This document shows, in pieces, positions 60,472 through 64,000 of a DNA stretch of 64,000 nt. The notes below the pieces were generated by a model. That model saw only the letters and a list, made by a program, of their open reading frames with translations, had not been told where the DNA came from and made no database searches. A program made the position numbers and the translations under genes. Every line of letters begins with the position of its first letter. Position 1 is the stretch's first letter. The stretch is taken from the NCBI GenBank assembly GCA_965645245.1, contig OZ287083.1, positions 372,001 through 436,000 on the forward strand, in the 5' to 3' direction. Source of the DNA: Massalongia carnosa. Its lineage: Eukaryota.

Positions 60472-62581
60472 CTCCTCCCAATCCTTTATTTCCTGGAGCT
60501 TCCGCTCCTTTTTTTGTTCCCTTCTCTGTTGGCGGTCGTCTTGGATCAGATGCTGCTCGGATAGCACGGGGACAAGATGATCAAGCTCTATTCCATGCTC
60601 CCCTAGTGCATGACTGCCAGCTTGTGACCTAGTGTGCAGCACAGCGGACTTGAAGATGGTGGCAGAGCGGGCGTGCGTTGGGGCTGCGCTATCATTGGTT
60701 GCCTTAGGGAACATTGAACATGGTCATAGATACCTCTATCACCAGACCGATCTTGCTTCATGTCGCCGCGGTGAATGGAATGAATATTAGGTAAGGAAAC
60801 GAGACTTCCACTAGGACTGATTTCTATTCTTATCATGACAAGGCCTGCGAAAGTTGCACTATTATTATCCATGGTCTCAAATGGGATTCGTGCTAGGAAT
60901 TGTCTCCCTTTTGTCCCTGCATGCATCGGCGCATAAGAGAATAAACCACAAGATTACGTAACTATTAGATCTTACCGAATATCTCCGGGCACGTGATCTC
61001 AACGATCATAAATTAAACCATAAGCCAAGTAGCCGTAATCGAGCTGTTATTTCTCCCATATTTTATGATCTTCTAATAATGTATAAGATCTTCAGTTAAC
61101 ACAAGGATTAAACTTCCCTGTTGAATTCCTACATCGAGACTGCAGTTACATGTGGAGCAAGAGAAGGAGAGATCACGTATGGGAGTTTGCCCAACCTTTG
61201 ATCCTTCAGATGGACTTACTACCATTCATGCTAGAATGAATCGTTTCCTATCCCGATTGTTTGGTTCAAAGTCGCAAACTTTTTTCCCGCGATATATCAA
61301 CCGTCGACCTAACGTATTGTCGTTAAGCCGACAAATGCAATGGAAATATTCGTTATTTGTCTAACTCAGGGAAAAGCCAACATCAAGCAGCGACGGTTTT
61401 TCTATGATGTGCATAAAAGCGCTCGTGGCTATCATTAACATGAGTTTTTTTGGCAAGCGTCATCATCTTCCATAAATTTAGGTCTCATTTGTTCCTTCAT
61501 CCCCTAGCGTATTTAGTTTCGAAAGATGGTTAGATCTCTATACGTAGGAGTAAGATTACGGTCACATTCTAGGCTTCTTCCCATTATCATCTATTTTTCA
61601 TTTCGATTTCGAGAGTCATTTCGTTTACAACAACCCTGCCTGGAGAAACCGGTCACACACAAGACGACGCCAGTGTTACCCCTTTGAAAGATCCGCAACA
61701 GCCTCGGTTGCTTGCCCGCTTGACATCGACCCTCCGCCTGAATACTTTCTTCAACGATTTCCCTATATTCTGGGGACGTGACCCCAACACTGCCATTTCC
61801 CATCCAGCATCCCTATTACAACCCCCAACTACTCCAACCCAGTGCCTGCAAAACCCCTATTTTTAATTGAGAGGCGACTGTGACGACTCTAAGCTCAACT
61901 CTCTCCCTGTAAGATTCCCGTACGAGAGTTGGTACGGGGTATGGTGTTTTGCATGCGAGTATGTTCGCAGAGTACAAGGTCTAGCGTCGGAGTATATGGA
62001 AGGGAGTGGTAAGTATGGAGGCGTACGGTACACAACATGACTGCTTTATGGTGGTTCTCTATGTGGAGCAACGGAGGTTACCAATCAAGACTAGGTAGTA
62101 AGGGCTTTTAGGGAATGTAGACGGGCAATTTTCATCGAACATTGGGCTGCGAAATCATATGGCTCTGGCATAGAGGCATGGATCTGCCTGGAGGAATACT
62201 GGATTTCGAGGGCCGAACAGCGAAGGTTGATTTATAACATAGCCTAAACTCTTGTAAAGTTTGTACGTTGATTTCGAGCGTATGACGGGTGCAAAGCCGC
62301 AGACCAACAAGTGAGAATCAGTTTGCAATGATATTGGTGGCTCAGATTACCGAAAGATGTCATATTCTTCAACCATAAATCGGCATCCCCGAGCTTTATA
62401 AACCGAGTACTTCATGAGAAGCTTGCCAAACACCAATGCTTTCGAAACCAGGTCCAAAAATCCCATGTACATCCATCCATTGCAAATGGGTACGAAGATC
62501 TGTGATATAAGTGATAAATGGCAACGTTTGGATCCAATCCCTCTAAATCTCTACTCCCTTCTCGAACTCCGCACTCAAGAG

Positions 62582-63106
62582 CTAAGCCCTGTCAATATAT
62601 TTAGTCCGTAATACTCGTCACAGGAAAAGGAAAAGGAAAAACGGGAATACCCACAACAACGCCAACGTGATATCACCCCGAATGCTCGCCTTCAACTCGA
62701 TCTCCACGTCCAAGTTCAGCTCCAGGCGCAACTTCAACCCATCCTGATCCATCATCGAGCTCTCCTCCTTCCCGCCCCCCTTGGGGCCCGTCTTGAGTTC
62801 CTGGTTCGGGTTTCCATCGCGCATCGGGATCTCCCCTCGTTGTGCGCGCGCGTACGTCACGGGGCCGTCCATGGAGGTCGAGTCCGGCCCGATGCGCTCG
62901 AATGACTGCATGGCGCCTGACGAGGCTTGGGCTTCGGACGCTTGGTTCTCTTCCTCAAGCGCGGGCAGCGATTGCTTGGATTTCGCCTCGGCTTGGGTTT
63001 GCGACTGTTGCTTGCGGCGGCGGCTGCGGCGGGATTGCGAGCGCGAGCGGTAGCCTGGGTCGGAGGTTTCGGAGTCGGATTGTTGCTTGTTGGCTTTGGA
63101 GGACAT
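62582..63106 (-). CDS. Hydrophilic fungal hypothetical protein with C-terminal LKLRLELNLDVEIELKASIRGDITLALL motif
   Basis: Likely ATG at 63106 (MSSKANKQQ). The C-terminal motif recurs in fungal hypothetical/LEA-like proteins. A terminal intron (GTGGGT..CTAAA..CAG) is followed by GCT TAG. Confidence 0.7.
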
Positions 63107-64000
63107 GGTGGTGGTGGTGGTTGGTGGAGGAGCGGGAACTGGAAAGGGAGGAGCGGGAATGGATTGGTGGGGATGAGTTGAAGAGGAAGAAGCTGGTGAA
63201 AAGCTATTCAATCTCACCACAAAAGAGGCTGGAAATTTAGTACCTGGTGAAGTGTTGATATCCAGGCCTATTCGAGTGCAACAAATGACCTCTTTCGGCA
63301 AACAAGCAAACGAGCAGACGTCAAGTCATACGTCACAACGACGAAAGGTCAAGCTTGGTTCGATTCCACTTGTACGGCGGACTGTAAGTACTAAACCCTC
63401 ATAACAAATCGTTATAAGGGTTTGATACTTACAGTCCGCCGTACACTTTGTCATAAACGCCAATCTGGCATGCTCGACAAAAGTCGTGCTCCAATTACCA
63501 TCCATGGGTCATCGGATTTGGACGATCGATATCTACAACTTTATCCAGCGAGTGAGTTGTTGATACAGTATGTGCAAAGATCTGCAACTACTGTATCCGA
63601 TGTGGCTCAAACACTTAGACTTGTTCTGTTAATTGAGCGAAGAAAACGAAGAATCAACCTTTTGGGTATGATGGCAAGGTAATAACCGTCGCATGTATCC
63701 TACTAACAACGAAATCGAGCTCTTTAGGAGCAGTAAACTCAAGAAACTTCCTGTGTTCCTGCAGAGGAATCGAAAATCCTTTCACATGTCGACCAACAAT
63801 CATGTAGTGACTAGTTGTACAAAACACATTCGGTACGCACACTGTCGTACAAGCTTGCAACCTCGTCTACTCTAACCGCATTGCACGCGCCACATGAACT
63901 GGCAAAACACACTATGAAGCTATGACCTACGTCATATGCCAGCTTTCGCCCGTCCCAGCCATCATGATTTCTCGTTGCAAAACAAATCCACTCATCTAAC

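Noticed and set aside
63357..63367. GGTTCGATTCC, a tRNA T-loop/B-box match
   Set aside because: No 5-bp T-stem, acceptor stem or A-box could be built around it; at most an isolated B-box.

Overview
Eukaryotic DNA from a filamentous ascomycete (Pezizomycotina-type genes with short GT-AG introns and CTRAY branch points); the species cannot be identified from this window. It holds about 21 protein genes, mostly housekeeping: the 5' end of TSR1, UTP7, AP-3 sigma, DPH3, a CYP65-like P450, CTF8, HPPD, a Gyp5-like RabGAP, cytosolic LeuRS, a DOCK GEF, a metallophosphoesterase, RPS8, a DUF2470 membrane protein, an aspartic-protease-like membrane protein, a probable GPI-anchored protein, an SPX phosphate transporter and several hypotheticals. 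Microsatellite-rich intergenic tracts separate them. The unusual content is mainly mobile DNA and mutation signatures. (1) A near-intact piggyBac-type element has no TTAA flanks and is best read as a 2-bp TA duplication inside a CTAG site. (2) A 243-bp MITE has CAC...GTG termini and a 5-bp TSD, which is Transib-like geometry. (3) A Tc1 DD34E relic is hypermutated mostly at CpC rather than the classical CpA RIP context. (4) A GH5 endoglucanase is broken only by two UAG codons at Trp positions, either as a pseudogene or as a target of restorative A-to-I editing. (5) There is an orphan 8x16-bp tandem array. (6) A receptor-like pseudo-protease carries repeated cytoplasmic phospho-motifs. No rRNA, tRNA or CRISPR array was found. 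All family assignments come from manual translation and motif recognition, not database searches.
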